A stretch of DNA of 64,000 nt from an uncultured Verrucomicrobiae bacterium (GCA_963738245.1 CAVTWB010000011.1:83498-147497); one strand, 5' to 3'; shown: positions 9,790-19,025, counted from the stretch's first letter. Made by a program: numbers and translations. The notes: a model not told the origin generated them from the letters alone.

Positions 9790-12296
9790 ACTACACCTTC
9801 ACCTTCCAAGACCCGCTGGCCGTCCGCCTCGAATTGAGCGGCGGCAAAGGCGCGAATCTTTCCATCCTCACCCAACGGGGATTTCCCGTTCCGCCCGGCT
9901 TCATCATCTCGGCGCAGGCCTATCGGGATTTTATTGCCGGCGGCAGCGAAATTCTCCGTGCGGTCAACCAGCTTCCTTTCCACGACGCGGGCTTGCTCCG
10001 CGCCGAAAGCGGGAAGCTGCGGGAGGCGTTGAGCCAGCTTCCCCTGCCTGAGCGCGTCGCCCAGGAAGCCCGCGCCCAATTAAGCCGCTTCCCCGAAGAC
10101 CAGGCGTTTTCCGTCCGCTCTTCCTCGACGATGGAAGATCTGGCGAGCGCCGCTTTTGCCGGACAACATGAAACTTATCTAAATTGTTCCGGTGCCGGAC
10201 AAATCCTTGAAAAGATCAAGGCCTGCTACTGCTCGCTGTGGTTTGACCGGGCAATCGCATATCGCCATCAGCAGGGCTTTGATCATGCGCTGGCTGCCAT
10301 GGCGATCGTGGTCCAGCAAATGGTGCAATGCGATGTCGCCGGCGTCGGCTTCAGCATCAATCCGGTCAACGGCGATCTCAATGAAATGATCGTGGATGCG
10401 AATTTCGGCCTTGGCGAATCGGTCGTCAGCGGCGAGGGCGAAGTGGACCATTTTACCCTTGATCGCACCACACGCACAATTCGTTCGGCGAACATCGCGG
10501 AGAAAAGCCGCAAAATAGTTGGCGTCGCCGGCGGCACCACGGAGGTTCTTTTGAACCCGACGGAAGGCGCGCGTCCTTGCTTGAGCGATGGGCAATTGGG
10601 CCAGTTGGCCGACCTGTTGCTGCGCATCGAAACCAGCTACCGTTTTCCGCAGGACATTGAGTGGGGCTTTGCCGGCGGACAATTGTTTCTGCTTCAGTCG
10701 CGCCCCATCACCACGATTCCGCCGCGCTGGACGCGCGACGAATCCGCCGAACGCTTCCCGAATGTCATCACGCCGCTGACGTGGGATTTTGTGGAAAGCG
10801 GATTTCATCGCTCGCTCAACTATTCATTCCGGCTCATGGGCTTTCCGCCGTTCAACGGCAAATGGTTCGGCATGCACGGACATTACATTTACGGAAATCA
10901 GAACGCGGTGGAACTTTACGGACGCCGGGCGCCGTTTGTCGTGCGCAACCTTGAAGAACTTCACGCCGCCATTCCGAAGCTGCGCGAGGAATTTCGGTGG
11001 GTGCAGGAGCTGCCGGTGACCTGGGCGAGAGATCTCGATTTCTATCTCATCTCCATCGGCAGATTCATGACCGAGCCGCTCGCCGGCAAAAGCCTGCGCG
11101 AGGTCTGGGGCTTTGTCCGCGCCGTCAATGAACATGGCGCCGATTATTTTCTGCCAAACATCGCCATCTCGATCACGCACAGCACGCTTTACCGGCTGCT
11201 GCACCGGCTGCTGCAAATGGGTTTCGGGCCGGACGCGGCCGACTCGCTGTTCGACCGGCTCATGGCGTTCTGCGAGACCAAGACCGGCGTCATCAACAAG
11301 GAGCTGTTCGAACTGGCCGCCCTGATCCGCGCCCGGCCCGAATTGGAGAAACTCTTAAACGAGCGATCCTCCCGCGAAGTCATCGAACAGAAAATGCCGG
11401 CCCGTTTTCCAGAATTTAACTCGCGGCTCGAAAAGTTTCTCCGCGACCACGGCCACCGTGAAGTGGATTTTGACGCCTATTCACCGACCTGGCTCGAACT
11501 GCCGTGGGTGGTGTTGGACAACGTCCGGCTGATTTTGCAGACGCCGATGGAGCAGACCCCCGCCGCCAAGGAGCGGGAGCTGAAAATCCGGATGCAGCAG
11601 GCGGAATGGGAGCTGTTTCAGAAACTGCCGGCGGATCTCCACTTTTTCTTCGCCGAGATTCTGCGCCTGGCCCGCGTTTATACGGGCCTGGATGATCTGG
11701 AACATTATCAAACCACGCGTCTGACATTGCCGTTGCGCCGTGGCTTGCGCGAACTGGGCGGGCGCCTCGTCGCGCGCGGCATTCTGGCCGGGCCGATGGA
11801 CATTTTCTTTGCGCGTGGCGAACAGATTGACAAGGCGATTGACCGTGATGATGACAATGGTTGGAAAGAGTTTGCGGAAACCGTCTGCCGCCAGAAGGAA
11901 GCCTACCTTCGCGACAAGGCGCGAAAGCCCGAGTGGATTCTCGGAGAAAGCAAACCGGCCGAGACCGTTTCCGGCGACTGCCTTTCCGGGCTGGCCGGCA
12001 GTCCCGGTCAGGCGGAAGGCCCGGTCTTCATGGTTATGAATCCGGACGATTTCGCGAAGTTCCCCAAAGGCGCAGTGCTGGTGGCACGCACCACCAACCC
12101 GACTTGGACCCCGCTGTTTTATTGTGCCGTTGCCGTCGTTACGGAGAGCGGCGGGCCGCTTTCACACGGAGCGGTCACCGCCCGCGAGATGCGCATCCCG
12201 GCGGTGATGTCCGTGAAAGAATCATTGAGCCGGTTAAAAAACGGCCAGCGCATCCGCGTGGATGGCACTCAGGGCAGGATTTATCTTTTAACATAG
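9786..12296 (+). CDS. PEP-utilizing phosphotransferase (PPDK_N ATP-grasp + swivelling His domain; PEP synthase / rifampin-phosphotransferase-like architecture)
   Basis: From ATG 9786 (ATGA overlap with the upstream stop): LSGGKGANLSILTQRGFPVPPGF at the N-terminus. The C-terminus reads TNPTWTPLFYCAVAVVTESGGPLSHGAVTAREMRIPAV. No TIM-barrel PEP domain is present. Confidence 0.85.
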   Translation: MNYTFTFQDPLAVRLELSGGKGANLSILTQRGFPVPPGFIISAQAYRDFIAGGSEILRAVNQLPFHDAGLLRAESGKLREALSQLPLPERVAQEARAQLSRFPEDQAFSVRSSSTMEDLASAAFAGQHETYLNCSGAGQILEKIKACYCSLWFDRAIAYRHQQGFDHALAAMAIVVQQMVQCDVAGVGFSINPVNGDLNEMIVDANFGLGESVVSGEGEVDHFTLDRTTRTIRSANIAEKSRKIVGVAGGTTEVLLNPTEGARPCLSDGQLGQLADLLLRIETSYRFPQDIEWGFAGGQLFLLQSRPITTIPPRWTRDESAERFPNVITPLTWDFVESGFHRSLNYSFRLMGFPPFNGKWFGMHGHYIYGNQNAVELYGRRAPFVVRNLEELHAAIPKLREEFRWVQELPVTWARDLDFYLISIGRFMTEPLAGKSLREVWGFVRAVNEHGADYFLPNIAISITHSTLYRLLHRLLQMGFGPDAADSLFDRLMAFCETKTGVINKELFELAALIRARPELEKLLNERSSREVIEQKMPARFPEFNSRLEKFLRDHGHREVDFDAYSPTWLELPWVVLDNVRLILQTPMEQTPAAKERELKIRMQQAEWELFQKLPADLHFFFAEILRLARVYTGLDDLEHYQTTRLTLPLRRGLRELGGRLVARGILAGPMDIFFARGEQIDKAIDRDDDNGWKEFAETVCRQKEAYLRDKARKPEWILGESKPAETVSGDCLSGLAGSPGQAEGPVFMVMNPDDFAKFPKGAVLVARTTNPTWTPLFYCAVAVVTESGGPLSHGAVTAREMRIPAVMSVKESLSRLKNGQRIRVDGTQGRIYLLT

Positions 12297-12338
12297 CAAC
12301 ATTGAAAATGGTTTGACGCGAATTTCGTTTTTCAAAAG

Positions 12339-12370
12339 TTGTCGTTGCAAGTTGACGTTTCTGATAAAAT
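12339..12370 (+). promoter_or_regulatory. possible sigma70-type promoter for the tRNA (TTGTCG-N17-TGATAAAAT)
   Basis: Read from the sequence. The extended -10 TGnTAAAAT ends 19 nt before the tRNA 5' end. Confidence 0.3.
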
Positions 12371-12389
12371 TCCGCAGTCTGATTCAGCC

Positions 12390-12466
12390 GGGCCTGTAGC
12401 TCAATTGGTTAGAGCAGAGCACTCATAATGCTTTGGTTCTCGGTTCAAGTCCGAGCAGGCCCACCA
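12390..12466 (+). tRNA. tRNA with CAU anticodon, probably tRNA-Ile2 (lysidine) rather than elongator Met
   Basis: Cloverleaf: acceptor GGGCCTG/CAGGCCC, anticodon loop CTCATAA, T arm CTCGG-TTCAAGT-CCGAG. The C4-G69 and C5-G68 pairs and overall similarity to E. coli ileX favour Ile2. Confidence 0.85.
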
Positions 12467-12518
12467 ATCAACACACCACAACCCACCTTCGCCGCACGCA
12501 ATTCGATAGAAACTGAAA

Positions 12519-13583
12519 ATGAGGCTGACGCGTCAAAGATTATATTGGTTGCTCCTGCCGGTCCTGCTGATTTTAACCACGGCCGGATGCGGCACATTCA
12601 TGGCTCATCGAATGGCGCAGGCCCCGAATACTTATCCAGACTGGTTTGCCCCGGAAGCACCTGTCTTGCTGGGATTCAGCCCGAAGTTTCTCACAAACTT
12701 TCCCAAACAATTCGTGGAGGTCGGACCGCCCGGGGCAAAACTGTGTTATCGAATAATTGAACCGGCTGATTACCACCTCAAAGTCTCCTCGACCAACTGG
12801 CTGGAACATGGCCGGAAACAGACCGAATTCGATTTCCAGGCCGACCTCCCCGGCCGAACGAATATCTGGACATCAGCGCCTCGCGGAACGGTGGTATTGC
12901 TGCACGGCTATGGTCTGGCCCAATTTTCGCTGGCACCCTGGGCCTTGAGACTGGCAGAGACGGGCTGGCGATGTGTTCTGGTGGATCTGCGTGGGCATGG
13001 CAAGTCCACAGGCAAACAGATTTATTTCGGCATTGAAGAAACACATGATTTGAGCCAGTTGCTGGATCAACTGGCGCGGGACGGCAATTTTAAAAAACCG
13101 TTGGCGGCCTTCGGGGAATCTTACGGCGCGGCAATGGCCTTGCGATGGGCAATGGCCGATCCGCGTGTCATTACAGTCGTGGCCATCACACCCTATGCCA
13201 GCTTGTCAAATTCGGTCATGAACCTTCGCCACGAGTATGCTGATTGGCTGCCGAAAATAATTGTCAAGGCTGGCTTGAAGCAGTTGCCGGGGTTGTTGGG
13301 CGTGACGGCGAACGAACTCGATACCACAACCGGAATGGCCAGGCATCCGGTCAATGCGCTTTTTGTGGCCGGCACGGAAGATAAAATCACACCGGTGGCC
13401 GATGTTGAACAATTGTATAAATTGGCGGCCCCAGGAAGCGAACTGGTCGTGGTGCCTGATGCCACACACGAAACCGTGACGTATTACTTGGCGGAGCTGG
13501 CGCCACCGGTGCTGGCTTGGCTGTCGGACGCCAGTTCACAAGGCGATCTGGCTGGCACCAATCATGTGTTCACCGCAAAGTGA
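12519..13583 (+). CDS. alpha/beta hydrolase lipoprotein
   Basis: Lipobox LLILTTAGC, then VVLLHGYG...DLRGHGKSTG and the nucleophile elbow GESYG. Confidence 0.85.
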   Translation: MRLTRQRLYWLLLPVLLILTTAGCGTFMAHRMAQAPNTYPDWFAPEAPVLLGFSPKFLTNFPKQFVEVGPPGAKLCYRIIEPADYHLKVSSTNWLEHGRKQTEFDFQADLPGRTNIWTSAPRGTVVLLHGYGLAQFSLAPWALRLAETGWRCVLVDLRGHGKSTGKQIYFGIEETHDLSQLLDQLARDGNFKKPLAAFGESYGAAMALRWAMADPRVITVVAITPYASLSNSVMNLRHEYADWLPKIIVKAGLKQLPGLLGVTANELDTTTGMARHPVNALFVAGTEDKITPVADVEQLYKLAAPGSELVVVPDATHETVTYYLAELAPPVLAWLSDASSQGDLAGTNHVFTAK

Positions 13584-13679
13584 AGGGTGAGGCAGTTTTG
13601 CCCTGTTGAAATCAAATTTGACCATCCAGCTTCGCCTGACGGCGGAGGGTGTGGGCGAGCACCTTGAAGGCGGCTTCGG

Positions 13680-14190
13680 CCAAGGACTCCAGCTTTAATA
13701 ACCGGGCTTCACTGCTCCGTGACGGTGCCTTGCCGATAATTTCCCAAGCCCTCCAGCCAGTTGGCGCGATCTCCCAGACAATTGCCGGAACCGTTCGGGA
13801 AACTCTTTTAGCCGTCCCGGCAACTTGTTTTACGGCTCCGAGAACTTATTAAGCGGCTCCACCAACTTTTCAGACCATTCCAAGAACTTTTCAAGCCTTC
13901 CAAAAAGTTTTTTGGAAGGCTCCAAGAACTTTTTGAACCGTCTGAGGAACTTTTTGAATGCTTCCAGCAACTTCTTGAGAGGCTTCGGCAACTTTTTGGA
14001 AGTCTCCGGCAACTGCTGGAAGGGTTCCAGCAACTTTTTGAAGGCCTCCAAGAACTTCTTGAGCCTTCCGAAGAACTCTTTAGAAGTCTCCGGCAACTTC
14101 TTGAGAGGCTCCAAGAACTTATTTAGCGGCTTAAAAAGTTCCCGAAAAGGCTTAAAACGCCTAAAAATACCCTAAAACAGATAAAAACGG
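13680..14190. repeat. array of about 24 contiguous degenerate 21-bp units (consensus GGCTCCAAGAACTTYTTGAAG)
   Basis: Units were phased by hand, e.g. 13918-13938 GGCTCCAAGAACTTTTTGAAC, 13960-13980 GCTTCCAGCAACTTCTTGAGA and 14044-14064 GCCTCCAAGAACTTCTTGAGC. Track ORFs 13825..14175(+) and 13830..14114(-) are both open purely because of the repeat. Confidence 0.85.
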
Positions 14191-14429
14191 GCATTGTTTA
14201 ACTGGCAACGGCCCCGGCAGCGTTCCGGTGGTCAAAAAGCGACAGTTTGGCGGGTCTGCCGGCGAACGGACGTGGCGGCTTTCGGCAGAAAGCCGCATTC
14301 TTCAATTTCCTTGGATTGGCGACGCTCTGCCGAGTCGCCGCTACATAATGCCCCGACGCGGCCAGTCGTTTGGACAGCAAAAATTGTAAAATGACAGGGT
14401 GCCGAAATTTATGATATTATCCCGCTTGG

Positions 14430-14759
14430 ATGCAACCGGTGGATAAATTCATGTTCGGGGTGGGCATTTTGTGGAGCCTGTTCACGCTCTACGGCCTCGG
14501 CATGTTCTATCCGCCCATGAACCGGTGGATGCGGGAATGGGAAATCAAAATCGGCAAAGGGAGAACGGGGATGCCGACCCGCCTGCAACGGGTGGTTTTC
14601 ATTCTGCTGACCTGCCTGATGACGACCGTGGCCTTTGCGAGCGCCTACCATCGCAAACTCGACACGGTCATCGGCATCAGCTCCGGCACGGCCTGTGCCC
14701 TGATGATGATTCTGCCGGGGCTGTATTTTGCGCTGGGGCTGGCTGAACAAGCGTCTTAA
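14430..14759 (+). CDS. small membrane protein (3 TM), unknown function
   Basis: ORF 14430..14759 with hydrophobic segments FGVGILWSLFTLYGLGMF, VVFILLTCLMTTVAFA and ACALMMILPGLYFALGL. Confidence 0.55.
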   Translation: MQPVDKFMFGVGILWSLFTLYGLGMFYPPMNRWMREWEIKIGKGRTGMPTRLQRVVFILLTCLMTTVAFASAYHRKLDTVIGISSGTACALMMILPGLYFALGLAEQAS

Positions 14760-14794
14760 AAAGCGGCCAGGGCCGGAGGCGTGACGCGGGTTAA

Positions 14795-15005
14795 TTCATC
14801 CTGAAGGGATGAAATCATTCAGCCCGGCGTTGAAGCACAGCGACTACGCCGGGTGATCAATCACAAATTAAACCAACCCTGAAGGGGTTGAAGCCCGGCG
14901 CGAACAACGGTGATGCAACCCCGTTGGGGTTGGAAATGATTTTGGACGGATGACCCAAGGTAGCTGCGCAACGTTGGGCTGATGGATTGAATCCCGTTGG
15001 GATTT
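14795..15005. repeat. hairpin-rich intergenic repeat element (five short stem-loops)
   Basis: CATCC-TGAA-GGGATG (14798-14812), CCCGGCG..CGCCGGG (14823-14853), CAACCC-TGAA-GGGGTTG (14874-14890), CAACCCC-GTT-GGGGTTG (14926-14942), AATCCC-GTT-GGGATT (14990-15004). Confidence 0.5.
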
Positions 15006-15275
15006 ACTTTTCATGCGCAGCGCTCGATGCGAAAGAATTAACGATGCTATTGACATTGGAATTGCGTTGGTAAAGCGCATCGTAGCGCTCCAGCAATTCA
15101 AGAAACAACTCAACCTTTTCTGTAATTACGCCAAGATCGTCGATGCATTGAAACCGCAAATGCTGAATTACTTTTCCATCCATCGTGGAATGCTCCTGCG
15201 CAGCCGCTGTATAAATCTGCCTGCTTTGCTGAACGGCATCTGAGACATTTTTGCGGATTTCAGAGTGCAGTTGAA

Positions 15276-15926
15276 TTAAGCATGAAATATATTTCGGGCA
15301 AAAGGACGCAGATCAATCTTCTCACCAAGTTGTTTGATTTCTTCCAGCACGGAAACTTTGAAGCCGTGGTTAGAAGCAAGTTCGTTAAAATCCAGTCGCG
15401 GCTCAACAGAGACTTGATCGAATACATGTTTCTTTCGCGTTTCTACCCTTGATTGTTTATAGGAGATGCTATGAACGGGCAGACCACAGTGTTGAACGTG
15501 ATTGCGGAGGGCTTCGAGTAAACGATATCCGAGATGCTTATCGTATAATGTGCCCTTAAACTTCTTGACCGACTCCAACTGATCGGATGTTTTCCCAAAC
15601 ATGGTTGAGAGACCATGATCCGTATGATCAAGATAGAGCCGCATTGAGCTAAGAAGATTTACCAAGTGCCTATCGAGGCTAAGGCGGTCTTGCATTGCAT
15701 TGTTGTGGCCTGTCGCCTTCCAAAGCAAGAAGTGGTGCGCCTGGTTCAACAATGCCATTTCCCATTCATGGAAATTATCAAGCACTAGTTGGAAACGCTC
15801 TTCAAAGCCTAGAGCTAGGAGGCAAAAGCTTTTAGCTCGGTTTATGGAATCGTATCGCTCCTCGGCAATTTCAGCCTCTAGCCAGAGAGCTTGATCATAT
15901 GCAAATCCAACAACCGTGTATCTCAT
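15276..15926 (-). CDS. hypothetical protein with a HEPN-like RNxxxH motif; probably continues to 15004 through a frameshift
   Basis: ORF 15276..15926 in a low-GC islet, containing LEALRNHVQHCG (Rx4H). Beyond the stop, another frame reads on as YISCLIQLHSEIRKNVSDAVQQ...ELLERYDALYQRNSNVNSIVNSF to a stop at 15004-15006. Confidence 0.6.
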   Translation of the reverse strand: MRYTVVGFAYDQALWLEAEIAEERYDSINRAKSFCLLALGFEERFQLVLDNFHEWEMALLNQAHHFLLWKATGHNNAMQDRLSLDRHLVNLLSSMRLYLDHTDHGLSTMFGKTSDQLESVKKFKGTLYDKHLGYRLLEALRNHVQHCGLPVHSISYKQSRVETRKKHVFDQVSVEPRLDFNELASNHGFKVSVLEEIKQLGEKIDLRPFARNIFHA

Positions 15927-15956
15927 GGCGTTTGAGTTTCGTCGTTTGAAACAGCT

Positions 15957-16010
15957 TCACAACTTCAAGTCATCATCCGTCACCGCGCCAAGCGAGGCGC
16001 TCAGTGACGT
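15957..16010 (-). repeat. copy A of the ilvD 3'-terminal segment
   Basis: TCACAACTTCAAGTCATCATCCGTCACCGCGCCAAGCGAGGCGCTCAGTGACGT. On the minus strand it encodes ..[14 protein letters not shown]. Compare 19026-19094. Confidence 0.8.
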
Positions 16011-16011
16011 C

Positions 16012-18203
16012 TCATTTTACCGGTTGAAAATCTTTATGTCCAGTTTGCCAGAGCAGGAAGGCGAACTGGCCCGCCGTGTCCTTGAACGTGACCGTTTTTT
16101 CCTCCGTGAAATGGCCGTTGTCGTAGTTCACCTTCATCAGCACGGGCCGGCCGGAAGTCGTCGCCGCCTGCAGCGCCGCGATGAACTTGCCCGTCTCCCA
16201 GGGAACCACGCGCGGGTCGTTCCAGCCGGCCACGCCCAGCACCGCCGGATATTTCACGCCCGGCCGGACGTGCTGGACGCCGTCCATCTCGTATAACGCC
16301 TGGCACTCGACGGGGTCCGTCACCGTGCCGAATTCCGGGATGTTGGGCGGGCCGTTGGGCGTGAACTCCATGCGCATCGCGTTCGCGCACCCGACATTGC
16401 ACAGCGCCGCCCCAAACAGGTCCGGCCGGTCGGTGATGGCCCGGCTGATGAGGATGCCGCCGGCGCTCCGGCCGGTGCAGGCCAGCTTGGACGGACTGGT
16501 GTAGCCCTTGGCCACCAGATATTCGGCGCAGGAAATAAAATCCTTCCACGTGTTCGGCTTGGTGGTCTTGAAACCGGCCTTATACCAGGCCTCGCCCTTT
16601 TCGCTGCCGCCCCGGACATGCGCAAAGGCCAGCACCACGCCGCGATTGGCCAGCGAATTGAAAATGCTGAAGGACGGAATGGCGCTGAATCCGTAGGCGC
16701 CATAGCCCCGGAGGATGCAGCAGTTGGAGCCGTCCAGCGGGATTCCTTTTTTGTAAATGATGGAGAGCGGAATCATCACGCCGTCGTGCCCGGGCGCTTC
16801 GACTTCCTCGGAAACCAGGTTTTCAAAACCCGGATACGAGACGTCGGTGTTGAAAATGCTCTTCGCGAACGTGTCCTTCCGGGCATCGAAATCGTAAATC
16901 GTCAGCGGCAGCGTCCAGGAATAAATGTTCACCAGGCAGCGGTCGGTTTTCTTGTCGGGACAACTGACGTCCACGGTCCCCGACGCCGGCAGCTTGACCG
17001 TTTCCGTCTGGCCGGAGGCAAAATCATATTTCACGAGATGGCGGAGAACCCCGTCGGAATAAACGATGAGCAGATAATGTTTGCTCCTGGTGATGTATTG
17101 GATGGAATCGGCGGCTTCGGGAATGACGGTTTCCGCGTGCGGCCAGTCGGGATGCTTCACGCTCGTGCGGACGACCTTGTATTTCGGCGCATCGGTATGG
17201 GTCACGGCGTAAATGTAATCGCCATTGAACGCATAGCCGCGCACGAGATTGTCGGATGGCTGGCAAAGCACGTCCCACTTGATTTTCCCGCCCTTCAATC
17301 CGGCGGCCGGCGCGTAGAACATGCGCATTTCATTTTGGACGGTGGACACCGAGCCGATGAGATAATCGGGAAAGGATTCTTCGATGGAGGCGGACGGCCA
17401 TTCCTTGGCGGCGATGCCGAGTTCCGGGTTGCTTTCATCGCTGAAAATGTCGCGGTCGGCGGCGAAGTCCGTGCCGAGCTGGTGCAGCCGGGTTTGACGG
17501 TTCAGCTCGATCCCGGGGCTTTTAATGTCAGTAATTTTGCTGGCGTCGTAGAAAAAAGATTTGCCGTCCTTCGTCCAGCCATTGACGCCGCCGGAAGGAT
17601 AATAGCGCTCCGGCAGCAGTGTGCCATCGTCCACCTTCAGGATTCGTATCTCCGACCATTCCGCGCCGCCTGAGGTTAATGCGAGGGCAACATGTTTTCC
17701 ATCCCAGGAAGGGACGGCATCATTGATCGTGGTGATGACACCGGCCTTGTAAGTGGTGGGATCAAAAATCAATTTTTCAGGCCCGCCCCACCCTTCCCGG
17801 CAATACAGCTTGCCGACATTTTCGCCGCCGCAGCGTTTTCTTGTAAAAGACGCGGCCATGTTCAAAGGTGATTCCCGAATAAGTTGCCGGCTTGAGCTTG
17901 TCCAAGGCTATCCATTCCTGCACCAGCGCATCCCTGCCGGGAATCTTGGCGATCACATCATCGGTCAATTGCGCCTGCTCCTTGAACCAGGTGATGACAT
18001 TGGTGTCCTTCAGATTTTCCAGCCAGCGGTAGGGATCGTAGTAGGTTTTCCCGATAATAGGTGTCCGAGACATCAACGGTTTTGGTCGGCGGATAATTCC
18101 ATTGCGCGTGGCAAGGCATGGCCCACATTAACGTCAGGAAAAGGAATGGCAACCCCTTCGCGATGAAACTGCGCCCGGATAATTCAGAAGCAAGTTGGAT
18201 CAT
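16012..18203 (-). pseudogene. prolyl oligopeptidase (S9A) split into three frames
   Basis: Three track ORFs together give a signal peptide, YYDPYRWLE, a beta-propeller and an S9 catalytic domain (GRSAGG). They are 17958..18203 (signal peptide + N-terminus), 17777..18076 (GKTYYDPYRWLENLKD...) and 16012..17865 (rest). Frame changes lie near 18060 and 17830. Confidence 0.85.
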
Positions 18204-18272
18204 TTGCTTCCTAATTGAAAGCGGACGCCATTCCTGCGCATTTCTTCCTGACCGAAGTTCATAGCTGCATGT

Positions 18273-18341
18273 TCACAACTTCAAGTCGTCATCCGTCACC
18301 GTGCCGAGCGAGGCGCTGGTGACATGGGCGGCGTATTTGGC
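18273..18341 (-). repeat. copy B of the ilvD 3'-terminal segment
   Basis: TCACAACTTCAAGTCGTCATCCGTCACCGTGCCGAGCGAGGCGCTGGTGACATGGGCGGCGTATTTGGC. It encodes ..[21 protein letters not shown], against ..[21 protein letters not shown] at the real ilvD end. Confidence 0.85.
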
Positions 18342-18354
18342 GTGCATCGGAAGA

Positions 18355-18567
18355 CTAGGCGCGCGTCTTTTTCCTGGCGCGGATGCGGGCGGTGACGGTG
18401 GAAATGGATTTGTCGCGCAGATGCCCGCGGCGTTCACGGGTGTAGTCGCCGTGTCCGTGCTCGAATTGAAGAAGGAAGCGCGCCATGCCCAACGGGCCAA
18501 GCGCGGCGGCGAGCGCCTTGTATCCGGCGGCTCGCAGTTCGGCGGGATTGAGCATTTCAGTTTTCAT
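18355..18567 (-). CDS. small protein downstream of the PIN gene (putative antitoxin partner)
   Basis: From internal ATG 18567: MKTEMLNPAELRAAGYKALAAALGPLGMARFLLQFEHGHGDYTRER... It overlaps the PIN stop by 11 nt. Confidence 0.5.
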   Translation of the reverse strand: MKTEMLNPAELRAAGYKALAAALGPLGMARFLLQFEHGHGDYTRERRGHLRDKSISTVTARIRARKKTRA

Positions 18568-19015
18568 CGCTGGATTCTTGTATAAGCCATTTGGCCGGAT
18601 TTTCAACCTTTACCTTGAGTTCGTCCACATGGCGGTGAGCGCGGCGAATGAGATAGTCATCCGGCGTCAGAAAACAATCTGCGTGTGCCGCTTCCGCTGA
18701 TGCCAGATGCAAAGCGTCCAACGGCGAGATGTTCCATTTGTGAAACTGCGTGGCGCGACGCTCAATGCCCGCCGTGAGCGAAACATGTTTGGAACTGGCG
18801 TCGAGGAGCATTTCAACTTTCTCCCGCCGTTCTTCGTCCGGCATCTGGGAAAGTTCGTCATCAATGATGTCGCTGCTGGCGAGTTTCAACTTCCCGGCGG
18901 CAGCCATTTCCAAGATGCTCAAGACGGCCTCTGCTTCGAGGCGCACACGATTCTGCGATTGATCGTCGAATGGACGATTCAAGCAACACACATCGAGATA
19001 TACGGTCATGGGCAT
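18557..19015 (-). CDS. PIN-domain protein (VapC-like toxin)
   Basis: MPMTVYLDVCCLNRPFDDQSQNRVRLEAEA...DALHLASAEAAHADCFLTPDD, with acidic PIN residues in the expected order. It starts 10 nt after the ilvD stop. Confidence 0.75.
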   Translation of the reverse strand: MPMTVYLDVCCLNRPFDDQSQNRVRLEAEAVLSILEMAAAGKLKLASSDIIDDELSQMPDEERREKVEMLLDASSKHVSLTAGIERRATQFHKWNISPLDALHLASAEAAHADCFLTPDDYLIRRAHRHVDELKVKVENPAKWLIQESSDEN

Positions 19016-19025
19016 CGGCGATGAG

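Noticed and set aside
9786-12296. Calling the 866-aa PEP-utilizing protein a rifampin resistance gene or a true PEP synthase
   Set aside because: Only the domain architecture is shared. The substrate cannot be inferred from sequence by eye, and the operon context points elsewhere. It is kept as a generic phosphotransferase.
13680-14190. Possibility that the 21-bp arrays (also 45378-45750) are CRISPR arrays
   Set aside because: The units are contiguous with no unique spacers, the repeat length is 21 bp, the units are degenerate, and no cas genes are nearby.
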